From Octopus vulgaris (Eukaryota), in NCBI GenBank assembly GCA_951406725.2, contig OX597822.1:115196001-115260000 (forward strand): a DNA stretch of 64,000 nucleotides. The letters are read 5' to 3'. Both the position numbers and the translations under genes were made by a program. Numbering within the stretch: position 1 is the first letter of the stretch; each line of letters begins with the position of its first letter. The notes under the pieces were generated by a model, which worked only from the letters and a program-made list of their open reading frames with translations, did no database searches and was not told the origin of the DNA. Positions 1 to 12,451 of the stretch are shown piece after piece.

Positions 1-1328
1 CTCAATGCTAAAAACAAGATAATAGGTATTAACACTTTAGCCGTCCCAGTTATAAGTTACAGCTACAATATCCTTAACTGGACGCTAAATGAACTAACCA
101 AAGTAGATAGGAAAACAAGAAAAATAATGACAGGATCTATGATGCATCACCCAAAATCTGACATAGAAAGGCTATATATGCAACGTACAGAAGGTGGTAG
201 AGGCCTTATACAGCTGGAAAACTACTATAAAATAACCACTAAAGGACTGCAAAAATACCAACTTCAGAAGGAAGGAAAACTGATCCAAATAGCGGCAAAA
301 CACGAGCAAAACAAAAAATTGTTCTTAGTATTTAAGGAAGCTGACAAATACAAACAAGAAATCATACCACCTAATAAATATGAAGAAGAAGATGATGAAG
401 AAACAACAAAAGCTATAAAACAAATGAAATCCAAACTAAAAATAGAACAGCAACGAACCATGATAAAACGATGGCAAGAAAAGCCCCTTCATGGTAAATA
501 CTGGACTAAACTAAACGCAAAAGAAATAGACAAAGAAAAATCCCAGCAATGGTTGAGAAGCTCAGGACTCAAAGCAGATACAGAGGGATTTTTAATTGCA
601 GCACAATACCAAAGCCTCCCCACCAGAAATTACCAAAAACATGTAATGAAAAGAAATATTACAAGTAACTGCAGAATATGTGGAGATGGACAAGAAACAA
701 TAAATCATATTATCTCTGGCTGCCCAGTCCTGGCTAAGAAGGAATATATTCATAGACACGACAGTTTTGGGACCTACATACACTGGAAGCTATGCCAACA
801 TTATGGAATAACAACAGAAAAAAGATGGTATAGACACACACCAGAAAAGTTCACAGAAAACGAGAAAGCAACCATACTCTGGGATATGCCGATACACACA
901 GATAAAGAAATTAAGGCCAACAGACGAGATATAGTTGTCAGAGATCATGAAGAAAAATGCTTTCTAATTGATGTATCAATACCAGCAGATGACAACGTGT
1001 CTCTAAAAGAAATGGAGAAACTTTCAAATTATAAAGACCTGGAAATAGAGGTAACCAGAATGTGAAATCTAAAAACAGAAACAATTCCTATCATAGAAGG
1101 TGCATAGGCATGATAAAAAATATTCAGACAAATACATAACAAAAACACCAGGACTTACAAACACATATAACATACAGAAAATTGCACTACTAGGCACTGC
1201 ACACATCCTACGCAGAACACTTTCCATACAGTAACCATCAGAGCATCACAACAAATCACAGCACATACCCAAGGCACACAGAGCTGCGCTCGGTAATGAA
1301 GTGAAAGCACGTTATAAAAATAAAACTA

Positions 1329-1331
<3 letters not shown>
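1..1331 (+). mobile_element. R4/Dong-like non-LTR retrotransposon, 3' part (family A, copy 1; continues left of window), pseudogenised
   Basis: ORF 127-1065 carries R..EGGRGL, a CCHC knuckle (CRICGDGQETINHIISGC), RHD and an RLE-type (R)RDIVV..LIDVS..K motif. TGG>TGA at 1063 and a frameshift near 1107 relative to copy 2. The 3' UTR ends ...AAAACTACTG and is followed by (AAT)n. Confidence 0.9.
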
Positions 1332-1387
<56 letters not shown>

Positions 1388-1416
1388 CAACAACAACAAC
1401 AACAATAATAATAATT

Positions 1417-1511
<95 letters not shown>
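1332..1511 (+). repeat. (AAT)n microsatellite with AAC/GAT variants, between two R4/Dong copies
   Basis: Read directly from the sequence. Confidence 0.97.
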
Positions 1512-1513
<2 letters not shown>

Positions 1514-2722
1514 CATGATCTAGGATGCATCACCCAAAATCTGACATAGAAAGACTATATATACAACGTATAGAAGGTGGTAGAGGCCTTATACAGCTGG
1601 AAAACTACTATAAAATAACCACCATAGGACTGCAAAAATATCTACTTCAGAAGGAAGGAAAACTGATCCAAATAGCGGCAAAACACGAGCAAAACAAAAA
1701 ACTGTTCTCAGTATTTAAGGAAGCTGACAAATACAAACAAGAAATCATACCACCTAATAAACATGAAGAAGAAGAAGAAGATGAAGAAACAACAAAAGCT
1801 ATAAAACAAATGAAATCCAAACTAAAAATAGAACAGCAACGAACCATGATAAAACGATGGCAAGAAAAGCCCCTTCATGGTAAATACTGGACTAAACTAA
1901 ACGCAAAAGAAATAGACAAAGAAAAATCCCAGCAATGGTTGAGAAGCTCAGGACTCAAAGCAGATACAGAGGGATTTTTAATTGCAGCACAAGACCAAAG
2001 CCTCCCCACCAGAAATTACCAAAAACATGTAATGAAAAGAAATATTACAAGTAACTGCAGAATATGTGGAGATGGACAAGAAACAATAAATCATATTATC
2101 TCTAGCTGCCCAGTCCTGGCTAAGAAGGAATATATTCACAGGCATGACAGAGTTGGAACCTACATACATTGGAAGCTATGCCAACATTATGGAATAACAA
2201 CAGAAAAAAGATGGTATAGGCACACACCAGAAAAGGTCACAGAAAACGAGAAAGCAATCATACTCTGGGATATGCCGATACACACAGATAGAGAAATTAA
2301 GGCCAACAGACCAGATATAGTTGTCAGAGATCATGAAGAAAAAAAATGCTTTCTAATTGATGTATCATTACCGGCTGACGACAACGTGTCTCTAAAAGAA
2401 ATGGAGAAACTCTCAAAATACAAAGACCTGGAAATAGAGGTAACTAGAATGTGGAATCTGAAAACAGAAACAATTCCTATCATAGTAGGTGCATTAGGCA
2501 TGATAAAAAAATATTCAGACAAATACATAACAAAAACACCAGGACTTACAAACACATATAACATACAGAAAATTGCACTACTAGGCACTGCACACATCCT
2601 ACGCAGAACACTTTCCATACAATAACCATCAGAGCATCACAACAAATCACAGCACATACCCAAGGCACACGGAGCTGCGCTCGGTAGTGAAGTGAAAGCA
2701 CGCTATAAAAATAAAACTACTG
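1506..2722 (+). mobile_element. R4/Dong-like retrotransposon family A, copy 2 (5'-truncated, about 1.2 kb)
   Basis: Near-identical to 123-1331, with the same 3' UTR and an (AAT)n tail. Confidence 0.92.
1525..2625 (+). CDS. Uninterrupted C-terminal part of the retrotransposon ORF (RT thumb/linker, CCHC zinc knuckle, restriction-like endonuclease). Not a host gene.
   Basis: 366 aa with CRIC..ETINHIISSC, HRHDRV, RPDIVVRD, LIDVS, KLSKYKDL, PIIVGALG and QKIALLGTAHILRR, typical of R4/Dong RLE elements. Confidence 0.85.
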   Translation: MHHPKSDIERLYIQRIEGGRGLIQLENYYKITTIGLQKYLLQKEGKLIQIAAKHEQNKKLFSVFKEADKYKQEIIPPNKHEEEEEDEETTKAIKQMKSKLKIEQQRTMIKRWQEKPLHGKYWTKLNAKEIDKEKSQQWLRSSGLKADTEGFLIAAQDQSLPTRNYQKHVMKRNITSNCRICGDGQETINHIISSCPVLAKKEYIHRHDRVGTYIHWKLCQHYGITTEKRWYRHTPEKVTENEKAIILWDMPIHTDREIKANRPDIVVRDHEEKKCFLIDVSLPADDNVSLKEMEKLSKYKDLEIEVTRMWNLKTETIPIIVGALGMIKKYSDKYITKTPGLTNTYNIQKIALLGTAHILRRTLSIQ

Positions 2723-2744
2723 AATAATAATAATAATAATATTA

Positions 2745-3279
2745 ATATTGCTCCCATGGCTTCTGATCATAATTGAATGGTAGCGTTATCATGTAAATTG
2801 TTTTGTTTTGGTGTAAAACATGGTTAGAACAAATATTCTGCTCAATGCTACAGATTTGCTTGTCAGTTGTTTGACCTTAACCAGTTGAGCATGTCTTTTA
2901 GTTGCTGACGATATGTGCATCCCTGATCATGTGTAGGAGTAGAGTGGGAGTATCATAGTCATGTGTTGAGAGGAATTCTTAGGGGTTTGGATAGTTCGCC
3001 TCTGGTAGCATGGGTGTTTCGTTCATCATCCTTAAACCACACTAAGTCAGGGAAGTTTTGAGCGGGATGGGCGTCTCGAACTAAAGAAAATTCTAATTGG
3101 GCTTCACCTGCAAGGTCATGTACTGTTTATTTTGATATGAGATCACCATGTCATGCCATATGGTTGTGATGCATGTGCCGAGTGTACCCATATAAGTTGG
3201 GTAGTCATGATGTGTATACTGGGCTTCGTATATTCGTATCCCAGTGTAGCTTTGCTGGTATGCGCTACTCTCTCACTCA
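2745..3279 (+). mobile_element. About 530-bp non-coding retroposon-like 3' end (family C), followed by (GAA)n at 3279-3353
   Basis: Aligns along its length to the reverse complement of 61041-61517 (e.g. CTGGGCTTCGTATATT...TCACTCAA; TTTGACCTTAACCAGTTGAG). Confidence 0.7.
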
Positions 3280-3354
3280 AGAAGAAGAAGAAGAAGAAGA
3301 AAAAGAAGAAGAAGAAGAAGAAGAAGAAGAAAAAGAAGAAGAAGAAGAAGAAGA

Positions 3355-3753
3355 GTTGGAGATCGCCAAGATAGGCAATGCCTTGTAATCGTTTTATCAA
3401 TCTCAGCTTATGACAATGTATCTCGAAAAGAAATGGAGCAACTCTGAAGATCCAAAGGACTGGAAATAGATATAACCCGAATGTGAAGCCTAAAAACTGA
3501 AGCAATCTCTATAATAATAGGTGCATTCGGTATGATTAAAAATCGTACAAACAAATGCATAACCAAAATACCCGGACATACGTATGTATATAATATAGAG
3601 AAAATAGCATCAGTAGGCACTGCACACATTTTACGTAAAGCACTAAAAATATACAGTAAAAATTATAGCACCACAGCAAACCATAGCACACACTCAAGGC
3701 ACACAGAACTACGCTCGACTGTGCAGTGAAATCACGTGGTAAAAGTAAGACTA

Positions 3754-3756
<3 letters not shown>
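3355..3756 (+). mobile_element. Older, diverged R4/Dong 3' fragment (family D, related to A)
   Basis: Degenerate LEIDITRM*..IIIGAFGMIK..IEKIASVGTAHILRKAL; 3' UTR similar to family A, ending ACTACTG, then (AAT)n/(GAT)n at 3757-3903. Confidence 0.82.
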
Positions 3757-3818
<62 letters not shown>

Positions 3819-3835
3819 TGATGATGATGATAATA

Positions 3836-3882
<47 letters not shown>

Positions 3883-4074
3883 AATGATGATGATAATAAT
3901 AATGCTTACTTTATTAACCTCTAAGATTGACAAAAACACCGAAGTTGGTGTAGGACAGTACACTGGAATTATAGAAAAGCATTTAAAAAAATAAAATAGT
4001 AAACTATTAACACTAAGGCAAAATCCCTGCAATCTAGTTGTGCTCTTCTAATCCATTGGTGCATGCTCAGAGAA

Positions 4075-4620
4075 TACACGCTCATTCGGACAATACTCGC
4101 CATTCTCACCCATCTTTCAACAAATTTGCTGGGAATCAGCAGTTCATCGCTACGTTCACCTTGTTTTTCGAATGAAACTTGAAAAAGGCGATGGAGGTTT
4201 GGCTAAGAGACAGTGTCTGTCTTCTACCTTTTCGATCTCATCCACCACAAATCTTTCACTAAAGCCTGTCTTTCCTTGGCCAATAGAGAGCAGCAGCATG
4301 ATCTTTACAATAATCTCAGCAGATAACTGGATCTGTCCTCTTGTAACAGCAATGAACAATGTTCTGGCAGAGATGATCTTTGTCGCTTTGCGTACATTTC
4401 AGTCAAGCCTGGCTGACGGCATTTCCATGGCTGTAGAGTTTATCTCGAACCAGAAATGCCCCCTTACCCCAGTCCCAGTGACACCGATAAGCCCAGGATT
4501 TCTGTAAATCATCCATAGGTCGGAAACAAATTAGTCTGTTGATCTACATTAATGGTTAGAGATTGCCCGAGAAATTCGTCTCTTTTGATCACCGCTAGCA
4601 CTCTATAGAACGCCACTCTG
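4075..4620 (-). mobile_element. Degenerate Tx1/L1-clade LINE C-terminal (zf-RVT-like) fragment
   Basis: Minus strand reads GAFLVRDKLYSHGNAVS... and KFVERWVRMAS, matching ALPVRDKLYRHG and KRWVNVARM of the element at 63397-64000. Confidence 0.7.
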
Positions 4621-5213
4621 GAACTTATACCGACCAAATCTTGGAACTTCTACAGACCATATTACCGGTGGATCGCTGAATATATGACGGAATTCCTGGT
4701 ATCAAGTGTCCTGTCTCGTCCCTTAAGGGGTTCTTAGTTCTGTTCTATCCTACCAGTTGTATCACTCTTCTCTCTGCGCTCACAATTTTTTAGCTTCAGA
4801 TTTCATTAGGAAAGCCCTTGATCTGAGTGTTTTCATGGTCGGATTCTGTTCTTGCTATAATATATCTTGCTTCATTATGGGCAAAAAGTCCAATCAGACT
4901 TCATCCATGTTATTTCTGATCACCTCGTGGTGACAATCTTCCCGTACTGCCCTCTAAATGTTATAATTAACAAATTATTAAACCCGCACCGAGAACCCTC
5001 CTGACCTCGAATCTTATATTACGCTTCCCGATGAATTAAGGGACACACTTGTGGAAATCTCTGTAACTCGGCACTTTGCTTCCTTTCCTCTTTGGTTTCA
5101 AAAACCAGGCATACACTCCAGTATGCTCTACATACTGAAGGGCATGGAACCCCATAACACCTTACATATCTTCCATTATTGTTTTCTTTAGAGGCACACT
5201 GACAGTCATTTTA

Positions 5214-5780
5214 TTGGGTTGTCCGGAAAGTTCGTGCCGATTTTTAAAGGAAAGAAAAGGGTCAATAAATACTTGCCATTACATTTTTAATCAACCAAAT
5301 ATGAACTATTTTGTTGCACAATGCGTCTCCATCTTTCCTTTAACTTGAAAATACCCTCTTCCCAGAATTGAGGGGGTTTCATGGCAAAGAATTCATCAAG
5401 GTATCTTTTTACGTCATCCAAGGAACTGACATTTTTACCATTAAGACTGTTCTGCAGAGACCCGAATAAGTGGAAATCCGAAGGAGCAATATCTGGGGAA
5501 TAGGGAGGGTGTGGGTAACACATCCCAGCCGAGTTGCAGCAATTTTTGTCTGGTTCCCAAAGCATCAAGTGCCAAAAATGAACTTCCTTATCTTCCATTT
5601 TAAAGGGTTACAGAATTAACACAGATCACAGGAACATAAACCTTCTTCCACGAAAAGATAGCTTAAACGGTGCTGTAAATGGAGGTGTAGCTAAATCCTA
5701 TTTTATGGATTCAACCATGTTCTAAAATAAGTCGAAAGATAAGCTACTATAAATCGGCACAAACTTTCCGGACAACCCAA
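5214..5780 (-). mobile_element. Internally deleted mariner transposon with near-perfect TIRs and TA TSD
   Basis: TIR TTGGGTTGTCCGGAAAGTTCGTGCCGATTT at 5214 and its reverse complement (1 mismatch) ending at 5780, with TA on both sides. ORF 5287-5598 fuses the transposase N-terminus to HPPYSPDIAPSDFHLF. Confidence 0.93.
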
Positions 5781-6410
5781 TAATTTTCAGGAGGTAGACG
5801 TACCTAGCTTTCGATTTGTCCGACAAAATCGTCGAGCAGGGGAGCACAACTTTTCCTGAAATAGCTTCCCATCATTTATTTTTTCTTAGAGACTCTTCCC
5901 AAATTCAAAACTTCTTAGCTTAGTACATCAGCAAAGCTTTTTTCTGTTATTGTTTGTGCTGTGAAAACTTTCTTTCTCTCTTCGCTATCGCCATTGGCTG
6001 TGTTTACATAACAAATGTGTTTGTTTGTGCTTTGCTGTGTAAATTTTAAATTGTCGATGTTTGGGTTTATGGTTGTAATTACATAATTTTAAATGTCATA
6101 ATGTTTCTTGATTCTTTATTTTTACATTCTAGGTTTTAATTTTCAACAAATTTTTCTCCGAAGAACTCCAGACGGTAAAAAAAAAATAATGTCGTCAAAA
6201 ATTTTTAAATAAAAATATTTTTAAAATTGATTTTTCAAAGACAGACCCATTACCTCCCTGCGGTGATGGATCAAGCGTCTAAGAATTCCAGAAGTTTCTT
6301 TTCCTTTTTTTCTTTTTTAAAATATAACAAGAAATTTTTTTGTTCTTTAAATGAAATGTTATGAATTAAAGAAGTACTGAGAACAAATCGAAACAAGCTC
6401 ATTGGCAGCA

Positions 6411-6675
<265 letters not shown>

Positions 6676-6786
6676 CTTTTATTTGCCGCGGATGATTAGG
6701 GACAGTACACAGTCGAATATAAAGTGTAAAAATTAACGATGAATCAAATGTTTAAAAAATCTTTGAAATATACAGAGTATACAATA

Positions 6787-6954
<168 letters not shown>

Positions 6955-8480
6955 ACACACTAAAAAATGTATGATTTAAAACAACAACGAATGAAATCGA
7001 ATGAATGATTCAAATTTAATGGCTAATTATGCAGTAATTGTAAACTTTATTGATTATTACCTCATAATTTAATGCATTGCAAATATTTATAGTGGTCGGC
7101 AGAGTACATTTCATATGGTGACAATTGCGTTCCGTACACTCACCCTCAGAAAATGACAAACAATAAAAATATGAACTGTATCATAACAGGAAAAATATCA
7201 TAAATAGACACGAGAGAAATATGTTTTTATCCATTTTTATTTTTGTCTTTTAGTTGCCAGAGCTGAGGAAAGGTGCATGGTCTTCGCAGCCCGTCAAGGG
7301 ATAGTGAGACTAATGTAGCTAATGTTTGCTTTGAATAGTTGCAAATTGCAACTATTGCAGCTGCTTGCAGGAAAATGTGGGCAGATAGGTCTTTTTTGAT
7401 GACTATTGTTATGGGGAACAGGGATTGGGCGTAATCGTGGCGGGGAAGCAATATTAGTAATGAAAGAAGGGGAAATAGTAATGAAAGGAGGAGAGTTTGA
7501 AGCATCTGACTGGAAGGTGACACGAGACAAGATAACACCGAGGATCAAACGCCAGTAATGGCAGACACGGGCGGTAGCACATCTGTGGAGTAAAGGTTAT
7601 ACGCTAATCAGTTCTCGTGATGCGGTCGATGACAGCAGCAACGTCACACTTGTAGGAGCTGCACTTCATTATGGATCTCAATTGGCTTATCAGAGGGTTA
7701 ATAATTGTTTTTCTCGCTCCGAAAAAGATAAAGATCAGGTTTCCAGATGCAGTCCTTACTGTTAAGGATATGCTTTCACCATAAGAGATCCACACTAATA
7801 GAAAGGCATAGCATTTGCAGAGATCATGAGAACTTTAGGTGTGCGTTGAATATGATTTTAGTAGGGTAAAATGTGGTCACATTATGATATAGGCTGACTG
7901 TATTATATTGCACAGCACCATTGGGAGATACTTTCATGATCTCTGTTCACGGAATGATTAGAAATATGGCATATTTGATTGAATGTGGATGAGGTTTAAG
8001 ATCTGCAGCTAAAGCATCATCTGCCTGAGACTAACTTTGTATTTGAAGATACGTTAGTCACTGATGTATAGGTGGAAATACGTAGGAATAAAAGTGAATT
8101 CCGGGGGTACAGCCGTGTTGAAAGGGTGTGAAAAAGAAACGTTCTAGCAGCACAAGCCGCAATTGTACATTCTGATAGGATCCAGTTTAATACCAGCAAC
8201 CCAGATTGAAGGCTTAATAAATCATACACATATTTTCTAAAAACAAGTGCAAAGAACCGTTAACTTTGTAATAAGATCGTGGGGGGGGGAGAGTTCTATT
8301 TTCCTTTTGGGAAAAAAAGAGAGATTTCAAAAGGAAGATTGGCAGTGATTGACTACCCGTCATCTGTCTCATGACGGCGAGTAAGAGGAAAGTTTGAAGT
8401 CACTGTCACCATGTTACTTCTAAGAATTCATAAATGCCGTATTCTACTAAGGGACATTGAGTGATCGTAATTTAATTAAT

Positions 8481-9652
8481 ACTCTTTTGCTCTTTTACTT
8501 GTTTCAGTTATTTGACTGTGGTCATGCTGGAACACCACCTTTAGTCGAATAAAATCGACCCCAGGACTTATTCTTTGTAAGCCTAGTACTTATTCTATCG
8601 GTCTCTTATTGCCGAGCCGCTAAGTTACAGGAACATAAACACACCAGCATCGGTTGTCAAGCGATGGTGGGCGGGACAAACACTGACACAAACAACAAAG
8701 ACATACATATATATATATATATATATTAACAATTGAGGATAAAATCTTTAAAAGAAATTATCAGTAGTCAGCGTGAAAAACCTCGTAAGAGAAAAAATCC
8801 GTAAATTCTTCCTCTTTGAAAATATTCATTTATATCATATTGAGGGTACTACTATTCGTAGATACCAACACGCTAAGAGGGACCAATGCGGTCAAAACTA
8901 CTAAAAATAAACAAAATTTTACCGAATGCAAAACTTCAAAACACATCATTTTTAAAAAGAATTCAGTTACATATCACATGTGATTTCGCATTTAATGCAG
9001 AATATGCATTTCATGTTCATCAGTGCAACAAACTCAAGAAATATAAGAGAAAACATAACATTACAAGCTCGATAGCCAACCGTAGAATTCGTCGTAGCAT
9101 GTACGAATGTTTATCTTTACATATCTATGAAAATGGCGGGCTTATTCGCAATGCATTTCGGTACAAATTGTCTAGTCGGAATAAAAATTCAGTATTGAAC
9201 CTATTCCGGTGAAAAATATAAATTAACAATTGAGGATAAAATCTTTAAAAGAAATTATCAGTAGTCAGCGTGAAAAACCTCGTAAGAGAAAAAATCCGTA
9301 AATTCTTCCTCTTTGAAAATATTCATTTATATTATATTGAGGGTACTACTATTCGTAGATACCAACACGCTATGAGGGACCAATGCGGTCAAAACTACTA
9401 AAAATAAACAAAATTTTACCGAATGCAAAACTTCAAAACACATCATATCACATGTGATTTCGCATTTAATGCAGAATATGCATTTCATGTTCATCAGTGC
9501 AACAAACTCAAGAAATATAAGAGAAAACATAACATTTAAAATGATGTGTTTTGAAGTTTTGCATTCGGTAAAATTTTGTTTATTTTTAGTAGTTTTGACC
9601 GCATTGGTCCCTCTTAGCGTGTTGGTATCTACGAATAGTAGTACCCTCAATA

Positions 9653-9709
<57 letters not shown>

Positions 9710-9866
9710 CGGGCTTCTTTCAGTTTCCGTCGACCAAATCCACTCACAAGGCTTTGGTCGGTCCGAGGCTAAAGCAGAAGACACTTGCCCAAGGTGCCAC
9801 GCAGTAGGACTGAACCCGGAACCATGTGGTTGGTAAGCAAGCTTACCACACAGCCACTCCTGCGCA
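8481..9866 (-). mobile_element. SINE family 1 (tRNA head, CORE-like segment, internal microsatellite, GAAACAAGTAAAAGAG tail), split by an insertion in its (TA)n
   Basis: 3' half at 8481-8702 and 5' half at 9705-9866 match the intact copy at 58519-58920. Confidence 0.88.
8725..9657 (-). mobile_element. Penelope-like pseudo-LTR structure: 497-bp unit, partial tandem copy, and inverted segment
   Basis: 8725-9221 is repeated from 9222 to about 9535. 9536-9657 is the reverse complement of about 8832-8951. Flanked by (TA)n. No RT or GIY-YIG coding sequence is visible, so the class assignment is an inference. Confidence 0.6.
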
Positions 9867-10085
9867 TATAACTTTACTTAGGAAAAACATTCATATGTAT
9901 GTGTATGTATTAATATTGTCATATCCATACATAAGATCCAAGCAATCTTTTGCATCAGTTTAAAATGATAGTAAAATTATAAAACGACAATTTCAATATA
10001 TTTTCACAAAAATAGCGTTTTTATTGTCGATTAAGGGCACAATACTTGCTCAAATCCAACTATCATCTCCTTTCTTCTTCCCTCG

Positions 10086-10156
<71 letters not shown>

Positions 10157-10437
10157 ATTCCTGTGCAGTCACATCCTCTTCTACCACAGGTTTCCGTCTT
10201 CAAACTGCATCATCATCTCTGCCTTCCAATCTGAGTTGCATCGTTATTCTGTACTTTACAATATTATCATAACAAACACATATTTACAGAAACGAAAGAA
10301 AACCTGAATAAGTGTATGTGTGTGTGCGTATATATGGGTGGGGAGTGTGTGTGCATGTGTGTGCATGTGTGTGGGCATGAGTGTAGACCCGCACGTACGC
10401 ATACATACATGCATATATGTGTGCGTGTGTGTACATG

Positions 10438-10492
<55 letters not shown>

Positions 10493-10493
10493 T

Positions 10494-10794
10494 GAATGCG
10501 TGAGGCTTAGTGGTTAGGGGTATTCAGCTCATGATCGTGAGTTCAATTCCCGGCGATGCGTTCTGCCCTTGAGCAATACACTTTATTTCATGTTGCACCA
10601 GTCCACTCAGCTGGCAAAAATGAGTAGTACCTGTATTTGAAAAAGGGCCTGGCTTGCTACTTTCTGTGTCACGCTGAAGTTCCCAGTGATCTACATTAAT
10701 AGTACGCGTGTCTGTGGAGTGTACGTTAATTTCCCAAGCAGCTGTTCCGTTGATCGAATCAACTAGAACCCTCCGCGTCGTAACCGACGGAGTG

Positions 10795-10797
<3 letters not shown>
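10494..10797 (+). mobile_element. SINE family 3 (tRNA head, CORE-like segment, tail CGTAACCGACGGAGTGCC)
   Basis: A-box-like GGCTTAGTGG and B-box GAGTTCAATTCC; CCTTGAGCAATACACTT. Related copies at 29485-29800(-), 37420-37545(+), 37800-37940(-) and 60258-60460(+). Confidence 0.8.
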
Positions 10798-10838
<41 letters not shown>

Positions 10839-11009
10839 TCGATGTAGTAGGGTCTAATCGATCGTGGCGAAGCAGTTGGTCAGCCTCTGCTCTCTACAGG
10901 ATCGTATAGAAAACAAGAAGGAAACGATGACGGATCAATAAAGTTTACAAATCCATGTAGCAAACACATTTGTGTCTATAGTAGAACGCATTATCAGTAT
11001 CATTAGGGT

Positions 11010-11335
11010 TGTAAGCTGGCAGACACGTTAGGATGCCGGTCAAAATGCTTAGCGGCATTTCGTCCGTCATTACATTCTGAGTTCAAATTCCACCGACGTC
11101 GACTTTACTTTTTATTCTTTCAAGGTTGATAAAATAAGTACCGGTCAAATACTGTAATTGGCTTATGCTCCCCTCAAAAGCTACTGGCTCTCTGCCAAAA
11201 TTTGGGATCATTATTATTACTAGTAAGACAGCGAGCTAGCAGAAACATTAGTATGCCGGACAAAATGCTTAGAGGCATTTCGTCCGTTTTCACCTTCTAA
11301 GTTTTAAATGCCGCCAAAGTTGATTTTTTCTTTGG
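11010..11335 (+). mobile_element. Two tandem degenerate SINE family 2 copies
   Basis: The GCTGGCAGA..TTAG..GCCGG..AAATGCTTAGCGGCATTTCGTC head occurs at about 11015 and again at about 11232. Confidence 0.75.
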
Positions 11336-11598
11336 TACTACACTGGGGAGGTGAATAAAAGTTTCAAGCTACCCCACTACGTATCTGGTATTTATATCTG
11401 GAAATATTTAAAATAAAATTAAAAAAATCAAGGATGTCAATATTTGCTATATCGCCTGCAGCACTTCACTGGTGTTTTATCATATCGACTCCGGTTGGCT
11501 GATTGGCAAATTTGATCTCGGTATGATTTGATATCAGAATATAAAGAACCATAAGACATCGTAAGCAATTATTTCACTCCCCTCCTGTGTCTGGTATC

Positions 11599-12407
11599 CA
11601 ATCCGTCCACTATCCTAAGATAATTGCTTCTGAATTAGAGTCAAAGGCTTAAATTTAGGGTGAGGGACTTGTTGTTACCGTGGACCTCAGTACTTGGCTA
11701 GCACTTTATTTTATCGACTTTGAATGGTGAAAAACAAACGTAACCCACGGTGGGATTTAAACCCGCAGCGTAATTCGATATCGTAAGTACTTGTTCATTA
11801 TCCTACGGTGTCTGACACCTTAATCTTTCACAATCACATAAAGAAAAGAAAAATAACACGTTGAAGAATTGAAGAAAGAAACTATTTTAAACAAATTATT
11901 TTTAAAATGTAAAGAAAAAAGAAAAAAAGAAATTTTTAGAATTACTCGAAGAAACAAGATTGCCAAGAATCATAGATTAGAAAATCTAACAACCAATCCC
12001 TCCACTATTCTAAGATAATTATTTTCCGAATTACAGGCAAGGGCTGAAATTTGGCGCGAGGGTCTTGTCGATAGTAGGAACCTCACCACTTGGCTGGTAC
12101 TCTATTTTATCGACCGTGAAAGGATGAAAGTCAAAGTTGACTCACGGCGAGATTTGAACTCACAACGAAACTAGATGTCTTTTTATCTTTTATTTTTTAC
12201 TGGTTTCAGTCATTTGACTGCGGCCATGCTGGAGCACCGACTTGAAGGGTTTTAATCGAGCAGATCGATTAAAGGCTAATTACCTTTTTAGGCCTAGTAC
12301 TTATTCTATCGGTTTTTTGTCGAAACGCTTAGTTACGTGGACGTAAACACACCACCGCCGGTTGTTAAGCGGTGGTGGGGGGCAAACAAAGAATCAGAGA
12401 CACACGC

Positions 12408-12451
<44 letters not shown>

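Noticed and set aside
4172-4507. 111-aa plus-strand ORF as a host gene
   Set aside because: Antisense to a decayed Tx1 fragment
5287-5598. SETMAR or host methyltransferase gene
   Set aside because: Only a deleted mariner transposase between TIRs; no SET domain
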